Virus record (IMG/VR): IMGVR_UViG_3300034093_003299
Location: 1 to 64,000 of that record
Direction: 5' to 3' (one strand)
Source: a virus
Taxonomy: Duplodnaviria; Caudoviricetes
Length of the DNA stretch: 64,000 bases
Shown here: positions 34,903 to 47,100 of the stretch, piece by piece
How the letters are laid out: each line of letters begins with the position of its first letter
Numbering within the stretch: the first letter of the stretch is position 1
Position numbers and translations under genes: made by a program
Notes under the pieces: model-generated
Told to the model about the DNA's origin: nothing
Databases searched by the model: none
What the model saw: the letters and a program-made list of their open reading frames with translations, nothing else

Positions 34903-37900
34903 ATCCTTATCGTTCCAGGAAACATATTTGCGTAAGTGAAGTCTATTGATTTAGAATACGCGTCTCCGCAACTAGAATCAAAAAATACTGGTACTCCATT
35001 TACCTGACCATCAGGCAAAGATAAAGATTGAGCTGTTGCCGGCGAAGTTGTTTCAATAGTGCCTCCAGAATCAAAAAATTGAAAATAAACATTAGAGTTA
35101 ACATTTTCAATTGGATACGTCGTTCCGACAGGAACAGGGTATGAATCCCCGACATACGTTACTCCACCCGCGTCTGTAGGCGCTATATTATTAACGCATG
35201 AAGTTGTTGATTCTGTTACTATGCCTAATAGTCTTCTTTTGAATGTTTTTAAATAACTTTCTTTAAAAGATCTCGACATTAAAGGATGAATAAATGGTTT
35301 GAATGATTGAGTGGTGGAGGAGTCTGTAGATAATTTATATGTTATATTTTGAGATAAACCCAAAGATCTCGCTACATCTGGGTAAAGGCTGGTTCTCGCA
35401 ACGCTTCTAGAGCTACCAGCTGACAATAGAGAATTTATTGGCAAATATTCACTAGACCGGGCCGTCCCCCCGATTCCTAATCCTGATGCGCTAAAATTAA
35501 TTAATTTAAATCTATCTGGCTCTGAATCTTGCTCGTACCACTCGGTTACTGAATTTGTACTATCTACTGCCCAGATCATTGGCAATATAACTCTTACTTC
35601 GTTAAGATTATTTATACCCATTACCAATCTATTAAACATCTCAGCTCTTGGGGCCATGTTCGGCAGCGGACCAAATCCATACTGCCCATCTGCTCGTACA
35701 GAAAGAGGCAATAGAGTCAACCAAGGAGGAGGCGCAAATTTACTTGCTATAAAAACAGCAGCGCTAGCATCTGGGACAACGGTCAAATTATTTAAAGAAA
35801 ACAACTCTGGAACCCCTCCAGTCGCGCTCTTTTGCTCTGCTTCTGGATTCAACGATGTAGCGGTAATTGAGCTAGAATCTTTAGAGCTATTTATAGTACT
35901 CGGGACGCTTGATTCTTCTATTTCGCTTACGCCAGCATCTGTATCTTCAGTATAGATCTCACTTTCCTGCATTGGATTTGTATACTTATCTGCGTATAGC
36001 TTGGAAATAATATTCCAAATTTCGTCTAATACTCCAATAGACGAGACGTCTTTTTCTGCTACCGAGTAAGTAACATCGTATGGCTTGACTGAATTTTCTG
36101 CTTCGGGAGTCTCTTGTGGTAAATAGTTGTTTAAATATTCATCTAATTTTGTTTTCTGCTCTACAGAGAACGAGTTTCCTCCATTCTGGTCGAGCCTCTG
36201 CTTGTCTGCGTATGCGCTTGCTAGACGTACTCCACCTTTCAGAGAAGCTTTCAGATTATCCTTATCGAAAGAGCTATTTTGAATAACTAGAACTTGTCTA
36301 TTAATATTTAAATCACTTGCGACTATTTGATAAGATTTTTTTACAAATGGAATTAAATCTGTGAAAGACTGATCTCTTTTGCTTTGAGCTGTTTTAAATA
36401 AAGAATACCCATGTCCCGGATCAGTTATTTGTAATCCAACTATTTTTCCATATTCATTTATCGTAGCTATTCCTTCAGCTCTTTTCCCGCCAGCAGATTC
36501 TGGAGTAAAATTCGGAGGAGGTATTTCCAGAGTAGGGGCTATTAAAAATACATCATTAGGCACTGATGGCAAAAGCACTGAATTTACTGTTCCCTCTAAG
36601 ATTGGGTCTTCATAAAATACATCGTAATCGCACGATAGCTTGTATAAAATTTTAAAATTAAACTCAACTAAAGCCCCCTTATCTTCTTGTCTTTTTAATT
36701 TACTAAGCTGATCGTATTTATAGAAGCCGCTTTCTGGTAATTTTATTCCTCTTAAAAATTTACTATTTAAATCAAGATTTATTTTTTTGTCAATATCAGT
36801 TCTAATGTCAGTATCATTTGGAATATACTTATCATATGCTATATATCTCCATTCTGGGGGCATTAGCATTTTATTGAAACTATAACTCCTTGTAATCCCT
36901 CCTGAATAACAATCAACATCGTGCTTAACTACAAGCAATCTTAAATTACTGCCAGAGTTATCTCCTTCATTTATTCTATCGAATATACCCCTAACCGACT
37001 CTATTACATCTATATTTCTTTCTATAGATAAAACGAATTTTTGATATTTCGAAAAGAATCCAAATTTTTTATTTTCTACCGCAGATATTGCTATTGGATC
37101 CTTTGTTATAGTAATTGGCTTAGTCAAATCGATATAAGAGTTAGAGCTCTTGTATTGCAATTTTACTTTAAAATCGGTGGTGGTTATTGACACTTCATTC
37201 TGAAAAAAAGAATAATTAAAAAAGTTATCATTAATTTTCCAATATAATACAACAGAGCTATTTAATAAATTATCCTTATTAGTTATTATGCATGGGTATA
37301 TTTCAGACACAGAAGCTGGATAAAAATATCCTTTTGTGTTTTTTTCTTGCCCTAAATAATTATATTCATAATAGAACAAAGAACTTCCGTCTTCGCCTAT
37401 AGATTTGTAGCTTCCTAAAGTTAATCCTTTATATTTATTAGTATCTAAAAAAATATGTTGATAAGAATCTTCTACAGCGACCTCTTCATTTACGTATGAC
37501 GAATTATTTGTTATTGTATATACTTCTGAAAATCTAGTAGTTATTTCGTATCTTAATGAAGCAGGATTATTAATATCTTTTATATTCGTAGATATAGAAG
37601 AGTCTGTCGGCCTTTGAGGAGAAGTGTTATCTATACTCTCGAAAGAAAGAGTTTTTTTATCTGTTAGCTGCGAATCACTATTTGCAAAGATTATCTTAAT
37701 ATAAAAATCAAAATTTCCTCCTAAATTTGACCTAATTATTGATTGCTTTTTAAAATTAAAAACATACTTAGACTCTCTGCCGTTTTCGTCTTTGGATATG
37801 TCATATTTATAAATGCCAAGATTTATTGATTTGAATTGCTCAGCATTTCTGTTTTTATAAATTAACTCTAGACCAGACAATCTTGAAATATCAAAAGCAT

Positions 37901-38366
37901 CAGTAATTAATAACGATAGCTGTATATTTACTAAATCTGATGTTTTTGGCTCTCTGGCTATTACAAAATCAGAAGCGACTTCATCTGGCAAATTTATCAC
38001 AGACGTATTTGCTGGGTCAATTATTAAGGAATCAGTAGAAGTCCCAATAGAATTGGTGGCAGTCAAAACAAACTCAGTAGAGTAAGCCCGGTCCTTATGG
38101 AATGTCATTAAAGACAAATCTTTTACATCAAAAATCTTCTTATCTCCTATCTGAGAAGGGGTAGACCCATCTTGAGGAACCGAAATCCACCTTTCAGACA
38201 GCGTAGCGGTTAACGCATTAGACACAACTATTATAAGATCAAATTTATTTAAATTATTAAGATAACCTATAATCCGCAAGCTAACTGTTGGCGGCAAAGA
38301 TGTGCCTGGGATTTCATTGGGCCCAGCTATTGCATAGCTTTTCTTTGCTGTTATTTTTATTCCCAT
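34899..38366 (-). CDS. Large virion structural protein (1155 aa), tail/baseplate-type
   Basis: Beta-rich; contains AEGIATINEYGKIVGLQITDPGHGY, a G-x-G-Y repeat of the kind seen in phage baseplate/fibre proteins. Confidence 0.6.
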   Translation of the reverse strand: MGIKITAKKSYAIAGPNEIPGTSLPPTVSLRIIGYLNNLNKFDLIIVVSNALTATLSERWISVPQDGSTPSQIGDKKIFDVKDLSLMTFHKDRAYSTEFVLTATNSIGTSTDSLIIDPANTSVINLPDEVASDFVIAREPKTSDLVNIQLSLLITDAFDISRLSGLELIYKNRNAEQFKSINLGIYKYDISKDENGRESKYVFNFKKQSIIRSNLGGNFDFYIKIIFANSDSQLTDKKTLSFESIDNTSPQRPTDSSISTNIKDINNPASLRYEITTRFSEVYTITNNSSYVNEEVAVEDSYQHIFLDTNKYKGLTLGSYKSIGEDGSSLFYYEYNYLGQEKNTKGYFYPASVSEIYPCIITNKDNLLNSSVVLYWKINDNFFNYSFFQNEVSITTTDFKVKLQYKSSNSYIDLTKPITITKDPIAISAVENKKFGFFSKYQKFVLSIERNIDVIESVRGIFDRINEGDNSGSNLRLLVVKHDVDCYSGGITRSYSFNKMLMPPEWRYIAYDKYIPNDTDIRTDIDKKINLDLNSKFLRGIKLPESGFYKYDQLSKLKRQEDKGALVEFNFKILYKLSCDYDVFYEDPILEGTVNSVLLPSVPNDVFLIAPTLEIPPPNFTPESAGGKRAEGIATINEYGKIVGLQITDPGHGYSLFKTAQSKRDQSFTDLIPFVKKSYQIVASDLNINRQVLVIQNSSFDKDNLKASLKGGVRLASAYADKQRLDQNGGNSFSVEQKTKLDEYLNNYLPQETPEAENSVKPYDVTYSVAEKDVSSIGVLDEIWNIISKLYADKYTNPMQESEIYTEDTDAGVSEIEESSVPSTINSSKDSSSITATSLNPEAEQKSATGGVPELFSLNNLTVVPDASAAVFIASKFAPPPWLTLLPLSVRADGQYGFGPLPNMAPRAEMFNRLVMGINNLNEVRVILPMIWAVDSTNSVTEWYEQDSEPDRFKLINFSASGLGIGGTARSSEYLPINSLLSAGSSRSVARTSLYPDVARSLGLSQNITYKLSTDSSTTQSFKPFIHPLMSRSFKESYLKTFKRRLLGIVTESTTSCVNNIAPTDAGGVTYVGDSYPVPVGTTYPIENVNSNVYFQFFDSGGTIETTSPATAQSLSLPDGQVNGVPVFFDSSCGDAYSKSIDFTYANMFPGTIRI

Positions 38367-41143
38367 TAGACAATCTCCGGATCTATTATTGGTATATACT
38401 GAGCCTGGAATACCGCGTTAGTATCATTAAATTTACTGCCATTATTTATTTTAAATTTAAAAGTATATTTGTCCACTCTTTCTGAGATTACACCTTCTAA
38501 ATCATTATTCTCATCTCCTGTGGATTCTAAAATAAAAATTTCTGGCTGATAGCCCTCAGCTATGTAGCTAGAATAGTTAGAGCTAGGATTTAACACTATA
38601 TTACCGTCAATGTCTTTGATCTGAAGAAAAGCCCAAAAATATTCTCCTTTTTTTATTCCAGCTGTTTGAGTTATTACAGTAGTTAACGTTTCGTCAGAGT
38701 ATAGGATTACTTCAGCAGCGCTTATTAGCAATGGTAACAAATAATCAGGACTAGACACTTCGGTGTCTTCTATTTTTATAGGGTTAGATGCTGAGTATAA
38801 ATTTCTTACCGTAGCTGAAACTCTTAATGAGGTCGCAGATTTTGGTATAGTTAAATCATTTATTTGCACAGGTCTTTGCCTTGTTGTTCCTAATAAAAAA
38901 TAAGTTTCTATATCTCTAAATCTTTCCTTTATTAAAATACTATATAAAGAATTACCATCTTGATCTATCACACGATATTCTACTTCATCGGCGTAAGTAT
39001 ATTGTAGAGTAAAGCTTATTGAAGCTTTCGGGTAAGAAACCTGAACTCTAGACAAAGAAAAAGCATTACATACCGGAGAGTTTGCTTGAGATGTATTTAA
39101 AAAAGTAAATGGAAAATTAAAGGGAACCTCTCCATTTGCTAAAAAAGATAATATTATTTGATTTTTATTATCCAAAGATTCAAATAGATCTTTTTTTGAT
39201 ATTGTAAAAGATGCTGTCCCGGAAGCTAAAACCATCGCATGCAAAGTCGGATCATTACCAAACTTTAAGAACATTGACGAATATTTAGTCCCCGCAAAAC
39301 TATATGTTAAAACAAACGAATAAGAACCCGTATTAGTTATATAATCTGAATATACAAAATAATTTTCTATTTGATCTTGCGATAAATCAGTAAAAGATAA
39401 AGAAGAAGACGACGCGCCGCTTTGATCATAAATTGTTTTTGTAGAGCCGCCTATTTTGACTGCTAAAGTAAAAGACGGTATAGTTATACTCCTTATCAAA
39501 TCTAATGACATTTCTCTAGAAGAATATAAAGGCCTTGTGGATCCATTAAAATCATAATAATAATTAAAAGCTTTGCAATGAAAATACCCAAATTTGCCGC
39601 TTGAACTTATTGTAGTTATTTGATTCGTGCCGTCTGCGGTGTCTGTAATATTGATAGACGAATTGGCCTCTTCATTAAATCCATATGTCAAGCGCGTGGC
39701 GTAATTAGTTTTTATTGTTATTTGATTAGCTTCCACATCTTCATCTATCGAAACTATTTGCGGCAATAAAACGTTTACTGGCACATCAATAGAATAATCA
39801 GTAGCGTCACCATCTGTTTCAGCTATTTTATAAATTTTGAATTTGAGAGTTATTGCTACTATTTTTCCAGAATCTGATAAAACTCGACCATCAGACTGCT
39901 CTTTGACACTAAAAAATTTTGATAAGTCTAATGTCTCGTTGATATAAATGATAGTAGCTGATGCCACGCTTCCGTAATCTTTAAAGATGTAATAAGAAGC
40001 CCCTTGCTCATATTTTATATATCTAAAATTATAACCCCAGACGTCTGCTTTGACTGTTGTTACAGATGAAAAATCTTTATATAAAGTCAATAAACCTAAA
40101 GCCTTTAAAGAAAAAACAGCTATTACAGTTTTAGCAGTTCCTCCGATAGGACAAATTTGTTGATCATCAAAAAGCTTTATTACTCCGCCGACGTTTACAG
40201 AAACTTGTCCAGGATTACTTGTGCAAGAGATTGTATTGTTAGCGCCTACCGTAGTGGATGATTTGCATACATTTGCATATGGATAAGTAATTTCATAAGA
40301 AACATTGTCTAAAGTTGTGTCGTTTTTAGATTCTAACTGTAGTTTTACTGACCCATGGAATGTCGATTTTGTAAGCCAAGAGTTAGAAGATACTGAAAGA
40401 ATATATGGAAAAAAATAATCAGATACATCAACCGAGCATTCGGTAAGCGAAGTGTCTAAATAATATCTTTGAGTGGCTGGATCATAATAAAATTGATTAG
40501 AAAAGTCTTCTAAATAATCTGAATTTTTATCTTCAATTATTATTATACTAACATACCAAAATACAGTCTGATTGAGAGGAGAAATTTTAAAGTTAACAAC
40601 GATGCAATTACTATAGTTAATATACATATTGTTGGTTGGCACCTTGCTTATCTCATCATCAACCATGTTTATAGCCACCATCGTGGCAGAAGACCCGTCT
40701 CCAGAAGGAAGCATTTTATGATAGGCTTTATTTACTACTATCCCAACGCTGGTATTAGCTTCTACAGTAAAACCTGAGTTATCGTCCCCGAAAATATTCT
40801 CTTTGTATAAAAAATTATATCTTAACTGTGCATTTCCTATTGTATCCTTAGTGTCTAAACATTGCGAATTCTCATCTTTATATTTGCTAGAAAGATACAA
40901 GTTACTCACATCGAAAATATTTCCATCATCCTGCAATCGTATTGAACCTCCAGCGGCTCCATTACTTCCATCCCTGCCGGCTCCTCTTAGATCCAAGCTT
41001 TCTACATAAGACTGAGCGAGTCCTTTTATAAATGACTCATTATTAAAATTTTCAGATTCAATAACTACAAATTGATTTAGCAAGAATAAAGGATTCGGAA
41101 CTTCGTCTTCAAAAAAATCTGCTCTTAAATAAAAATATGACAT
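38366..41143 (-). CDS. Large beta-rich virion structural protein (925 aa)
   Basis: Ig-like strand patterns; TAATG coupling within the minus-strand run. Confidence 0.6.
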   Translation of the reverse strand: MSYFYLRADFFEDEVPNPLFLLNQFVVIESENFNNESFIKGLAQSYVESLDLRGAGRDGSNGAAGGSIRLQDDGNIFDVSNLYLSSKYKDENSQCLDTKDTIGNAQLRYNFLYKENIFGDDNSGFTVEANTSVGIVVNKAYHKMLPSGDGSSATMVAINMVDDEISKVPTNNMYINYSNCIVVNFKISPLNQTVFWYVSIIIIEDKNSDYLEDFSNQFYYDPATQRYYLDTSLTECSVDVSDYFFPYILSVSSNSWLTKSTFHGSVKLQLESKNDTTLDNVSYEITYPYANVCKSSTTVGANNTISCTSNPGQVSVNVGGVIKLFDDQQICPIGGTAKTVIAVFSLKALGLLTLYKDFSSVTTVKADVWGYNFRYIKYEQGASYYIFKDYGSVASATIIYINETLDLSKFFSVKEQSDGRVLSDSGKIVAITLKFKIYKIAETDGDATDYSIDVPVNVLLPQIVSIDEDVEANQITIKTNYATRLTYGFNEEANSSINITDTADGTNQITTISSSGKFGYFHCKAFNYYYDFNGSTRPLYSSREMSLDLIRSITIPSFTLAVKIGGSTKTIYDQSGASSSSLSFTDLSQDQIENYFVYSDYITNTGSYSFVLTYSFAGTKYSSMFLKFGNDPTLHAMVLASGTASFTISKKDLFESLDNKNQIILSFLANGEVPFNFPFTFLNTSQANSPVCNAFSLSRVQVSYPKASISFTLQYTYADEVEYRVIDQDGNSLYSILIKERFRDIETYFLLGTTRQRPVQINDLTIPKSATSLRVSATVRNLYSASNPIKIEDTEVSSPDYLLPLLISAAEVILYSDETLTTVITQTAGIKKGEYFWAFLQIKDIDGNIVLNPSSNYSSYIAEGYQPEIFILESTGDENNDLEGVISERVDKYTFKFKINNGSKFNDTNAVFQAQYIPIIDPEIV

Positions 41144-41144
41144 A

Positions 41145-44100
41145 TTATTTTCTATTTATAATTTTAATTACTGACGATTTAGAAAAGTCTTCAAAAGATA
41201 TATCTGGCATATCCTTTATTTTACTTATAGTTATATTGACGTTAAGATCAGACTCGTCTACTATAGATGACGTTATTTGATTGTCTTTTGCGCCTTCTAC
41301 AGAAAATAAACTATCAACAAGAAATCCGCCTACTTGGATCTCTTTTTCTGGGAATAATGTATCTCTATCATTAGCAGCGCGCTCTTGACCTAAACTTCTT
41401 TTGATTTCTTTTATTTGATCTGGAGCTAAATCAGAATCTAAACCTATAACTAGTTGTTGACTGTCTGGCATTTGCTTTACAGTTTGCAACGCAGAGTAGT
41501 AAGAATAGGCAAATTCAAATAAAATTGTTTTTAGACCTGTTTTCTTTATTTCGCATTTTGTGAATGTGATTGTTTTATTCGTATCAGTGGCTATCGTTAA
41601 TGTTTGCGCGTTGTCTGCTTTGTCTACGACCCACCAATCGTCTGAATAATTTGAATTAAGCCAAAAAGCCGATTGCCCTTTCGGAATCCAAGATATAATG
41701 CTTTGACTTAGCGTTCTGTACTGCTCCAGTATCGCGGCTTTAAAAAGATCAAGCCCACTAGCGCTTACGTTTTCTTCTTCTGTTATAGATGGGTCTACTC
41801 CCCCCTCTTCTCCTTTGTCGGTCGGCTTAAGTATAGGAAATGACTTGTCTATATCTTCGACTACCTTATATACAGTCACAAAGTTTGGATATTTTATTTC
41901 ATAAACACTAACGTCTCCTCCCGTGAAAGTGCCACCATCCTTAGCAAAAATCTCACCATTATATTTTACAAAAGGAGTCTCTTCTGCATTAGTGAAAGCT
42001 GTATCGGTTGAAATATTTACATTATCAAAAAACCCTTTGTTTATGCTCACTTGATACTTCACGCCCTTTTGTATTCCTGGCAAAGTATATGTAGAAATCG
42101 AAGGATCAAAAAACAAAAATCTATAAATTGTTTCATGCCCTATGCCCACTTCATAACCGACAACGTCAGGGGCAGAATCAGTAGGAATATCTTTGCCATT
42201 ATAGTAGTTTCTCAAGGCTAAATTTATTTTGCTTGATGATCCATCTTTAGATAATAACTTAATGTAAGATTTTTGCTCTATTTCATTGTCGTCTACTATA
42301 GGAATAAGATCTTCATTTCTGATTATGCCAAAAACTAATGCGATTTCTCTTTGAGTTGATATTACTGTATTTGGATTAAATACGCAATAAAATTCATCTC
42401 TAGATTTGGCTTTTTTAAGATATTTAAATTCTAAGTCGCCAGTCTGCCCCCGCTGGATAACAAGGACAGAGTTTCTATAAACTTTTCTCCTTCTACTCTC
42501 TTGGCCCAAAACAGTTATAAAAATATCTCTAGGACAATTGTTAATTAAGAAAATCTGCGGCCCATATGTTGCTGGAGGTGTTACGCTTAGATCATTATTA
42601 TTATCGTTTAATAAATAGTGCCCAGCAGAGCTAATACTATAAACGGGCTTAACAATATTCTTTATGTTTTGAGATTTAGACAAATCCATATCTGCCAAAG
42701 TGGGCATAGATATAATTCTAAAATTGTCAAACACATCATTATAAAAAAATTGTTCAGCGCTCCAATATGAATAAGAAATAGCCTCCTCGTCTTTAACAAC
42801 GCTAGTAATTAATATATTTTCTTCTTGGTTCTCTTTTTCTAAGTCACCTTTAAAATTTACATAATCAAGCAAGCCGTTAATGTATATTTTTAAGTCTGTT
42901 TTAATTATGTAGTTTATATTTGGCGAGTTTTTGGAAACATAATACTTTCCCTTTTCATATGTGCCTAAGAAATTAAGCGCAGAATCAGTTATTTCTGCAA
43001 AAACTTTTGGAGGTACATCAAGAGACTTCTGCGTTTCAGAATCAAAAAATATCTTTAAAAAGTATGGTGTGTTATTATAAATGTAGAATTTTTCAACCCC
43101 AAGCTTTGTAGCATTTAATAGCTTGACGTAGTAATTATCAAAATAACCACCAGCCTCATTCACCTGAGAAGAACCATAGACAAATAATTTGCTAGAAGAC
43201 GAATACTGCAAAAGATCCTGCAAGTCTAAAACCCCGTAGTCTCTATCTTTTATTTCTATTTCTGTAGCTGTGCCATTAGAAGGGTATTCGAACAATCTAG
43301 TTTCTGTAGTTGTTCCTACTATATATATTATTTTTATTTTAGATCCAGGCTTTAGTTTCGGAAACGCCTTATTCACTTCATCAGCAAGAATTTCTGGAGC
43401 TCTATTTGCCTCATATTGTAAAGTAGTTACAGAAAAAATTGAAGACCCATTCAAATCTAAACTAGTTCCAGTAAATAAATTGCTTGTTGTTGCGTCTCTG
43501 GTCACTCTGGTTAAAGCCCCATTCGATAATAGAGAATTAGTCGAGCCAATATAAATCCTATACTTGCATGGATTAAAAACATAAAAATCTCTGAAAGACT
43601 TATCCTCAAAACTGTCTAGGTCTACATAAAATCTATTAAAATTAGGAAGATACAAAAACTCCTTGCCGCCAGTTATTTCTGTAGTTGATGTGTCAGATAT
43701 TCCTTTTAGATTTTTAGCTGTTGGGATAACCGGTTTGACAACCGGTAAATTAGACACGCCTTGCGCCCAATTTTCTCCGCTAACACTATATAAAGCTAAA
43801 GAATTAATATCTAGCAAATTCGTTGTAGCAGACAAATAGTAATTATAAATAGAATTTGGATCAGAAGAATCTGATTTTGTTAAATTTACAAACACGATTT
43901 TTTTGCCAACCATCAATGTAGATATTTTTACTAGATCTCCATCATTATTTTTTATTTCAGATTTTAAATTTGGAAGATAAAATTTAGACGCATAATTTAC
44001 TATCGGTATAAATATTACATTTGGTAAAGCAGCTATTTCATTTTCAGTAGTAAAAAATTTAGTTAAATCATTATGGTTTTTGTCAATTATATTTAAATCA

Positions 44101-47100
44101 TAAACGTTTTCATTTAATATTTCACTAGTGCCTGGAGCTATATAAAACTGCTCTCTATTTATAATCCAACCTCCATATTTGACAAATAAATAAAAATCAT
44201 TAACTATATATTTTTTATCAGCTAAAGTATTTAAATTTACAGGCTTTCTTCCGTAGCAATATATTGTAGGAGAACTAGAAACTGGCACAGATGAATATAT
44301 GTCAAATATTGTATAATCGGTAGGAGTGTCATTATTAGTTATTAAAACAGAAGCCTCGTCTCCACTTTCTCCCGTCAAATCTTTATCTATAGAATTTATA
44401 ACAAATTCGCTACTTTTAAAACTCCAAAAAGAAGCTAAAGGATGCTCGAATTCTAAATCAAGATATTGATTAGCTGAACGAATAGATGTCGGAGGGTTTA
44501 TAACCGAAAGATCATCAAAATCTACAGTATCAGTGGTTACAGTATATGGGGCCCCAGTGTAAATAAATAGTTTTTGATCATTTGGCAGCAGAGAATAAAC
44601 GTTCTGCCCGCTTAACGTCTTAACTTGGTATGGTCTTCCTGAATCATTTTTAATTACAAAATCAGTAGTGACAGTAGAGTCTGGCAAGATTATTGATTCT
44701 ATATCTACTTCATTTGCTTTTATAATGTAATAAAATCTTGTTCCACCATTTACTCCAGTATTCGTTCTGGATGAGTTGGTTAAAGCAATAAAGAATTCTT
44801 TTTTATTGTAAACTGGAAAAATAAAATCACCTAAAGAGTTCTTGACTAGCCTATTCTTTACTAAAGTTTTTGTCGAAGAATTTACTGAAACTGTCACTGT
44901 ATCGTAAGAAAAATTTATTAATATTTGATCTGTAGCTAACGCATTCGGGAACGATCTAGTTGTTGAACCAGCCTCGCTTTCTTTACTATATATTTTAGCG
45001 TCAGGCTCGTCTGTCTTTTTTACCTGTAGTCTTCCATTAACATAATCGTCTGGAGAATAATCAAAATCTACGGAATCTCTTTCTCTAATTCTAAATAAAT
45101 TGTTTCCGTCTACCGAGTCGAAAGATTGCACCACCAACGATTGGCTCGATGTCGGTAAGAATATTTTTCCTTTAAATTCAGTTTTTCTATTATAGAAATC
45201 TTTAATTGTAAAAGTATCTATATTTTTATTTCTAATATAAAAACATTTGAAAGAATCTTCAGTCGTTGTGAAGTCCTGGGTGTCTATCGAAGATCCTCTG
45301 AAGCTTTTTTCTAAGAAACTTGTTCTCTCTACCGTTGGCAAAGAGTCGTTCCCATCTCTGAAGACCCTCAAAGATATCGAATTAGAAGCCAAATCTCCTA
45401 TTTCATTTATTTCTGATGTGCTTGGATCACTTTCAGTAGATATTATAGATCCCTTGTCTTTTATTTTTTGTTTATCTATTTTATTTGGAATAAATCTGTT
45501 CCTACAGATTAGGAATAGATCTTTAGAAGCCAGATCAGCAGCAGGCGGCAAAGAGATGCTAGTGCAGCAGAAATTTAAATCTAATATATTAATTGTTGAT
45601 GGTATTAGAGTCGAGTCTACATTAAAATAAAAATGACTTAAAGTATCGTTCAAGATCTCTAGCCTTACGTTATTTGTTGATCCCGATGTCTGAAGCGTTC
45701 CTCTCGCGATTTGATTTTGCGTCAGGGTATAAACAACATTCTCGCGCGTATGTCTATAAAAATAAACAGATGCACTATTTTTATTAACAAAATAAATGAA
45801 AGATTCTTTTTTTAGCCCAGAATCTAAAGATTTTAAATCAACGTACTGTATTAAATCTCCCTTTAGGAGAACCAATTGTTCTGTAGAATTTGATATCTGA
45901 AAAGTTGGCGACCCAGATGGATAAATTATTGAATAAGTAATTATAGACTTATTTGTTCTGTTGACAGTCAATTTAAAATCTTGATTTTGCTTAGATATCA
46001 ATTGAGTAGAACCCCCATTAGTTATCTTAATATTTAATGATCTATTTATAGATTCATCTTTTAGGAAAAAGTATTCTTTAGTGGTCCCTAATATTGTAGA
46101 GAACTGAGAAAGGATTATCTCGTAGTCATCTTTTAATAATTTAATGCTGTCTTGATTGTTCTCATTTCCTCTTAAGTACACCTTAAGGTCATCAAAATAA
46201 TCTTTTTGATCTTTAGATGCAGTCGCAGTCGCTCCGATCCAATCAACATAATTAAAAGAATCGGCTTTCAAAGTAAGGCCGTTCATTACGAGATCCTCTT
46301 TCGAAAAATTATATATAGGTAAATCTGTAAAATCATCAGCAGTGGAAAATGTTCCAGTAGTATGATTAAGATTTACAAATCCATCTTTTGGATAATAAAT
46401 TTCTGAATCTTGAGCGATTATATTAGAGTAAGTTTTATTTGAAGTAATTGTTTTATTCGTGCCATCATCATTGAATGTAAGCTGTTCGCTTTCGTTAGCG
46501 GCTATAGATTCTACAGGGCCTGAAGATCCAAATGTGATATTTATAGAAGAATTTGAATCATTTACTATAGTTAAAGTTTTACTTGTAATATTCGTGCTAT
46601 TCAGAATAGTTAGATGAGAGGACAAGTATACGCAATCCTTATCTTCAGCGTCAATCAAGTCGAAAGAATAACTCGGCAAAGATGCCGCCGCAGCAGAAGT
46701 CACCGTGCCGTTAGACGATATCTTAGCGTAGTGATTAGAAGATATAGAAGAAGACCCAACGGAACAATTGGCATTCCCAGTATTTAAAACGTAACTTTCA
46801 AAAGAAGATGGGATATTAACAAGAGTAGCGTCTTTTTTGTCTGTTACAAAATAGTAATTATTGTAATTTTGATTAATTTCAAAATTAGATGTTTTAGATT
46901 CTGGATTGTTGAAATTTAATAATTGGCTATATATTGGAGGAGACACGCTAACTGGAGTGTAGGAGGCCGTTTGTGAAAATTTTGTTATTTTATTTTCAGA
47001 AAAATCAGAGTTTCCTATTTCGAACCCATACTCATTTGTAAGAGTTTCTTGTGTTTTTGTGACTGATGGCTTTATACCAGACACTACTATGTCATAATAG

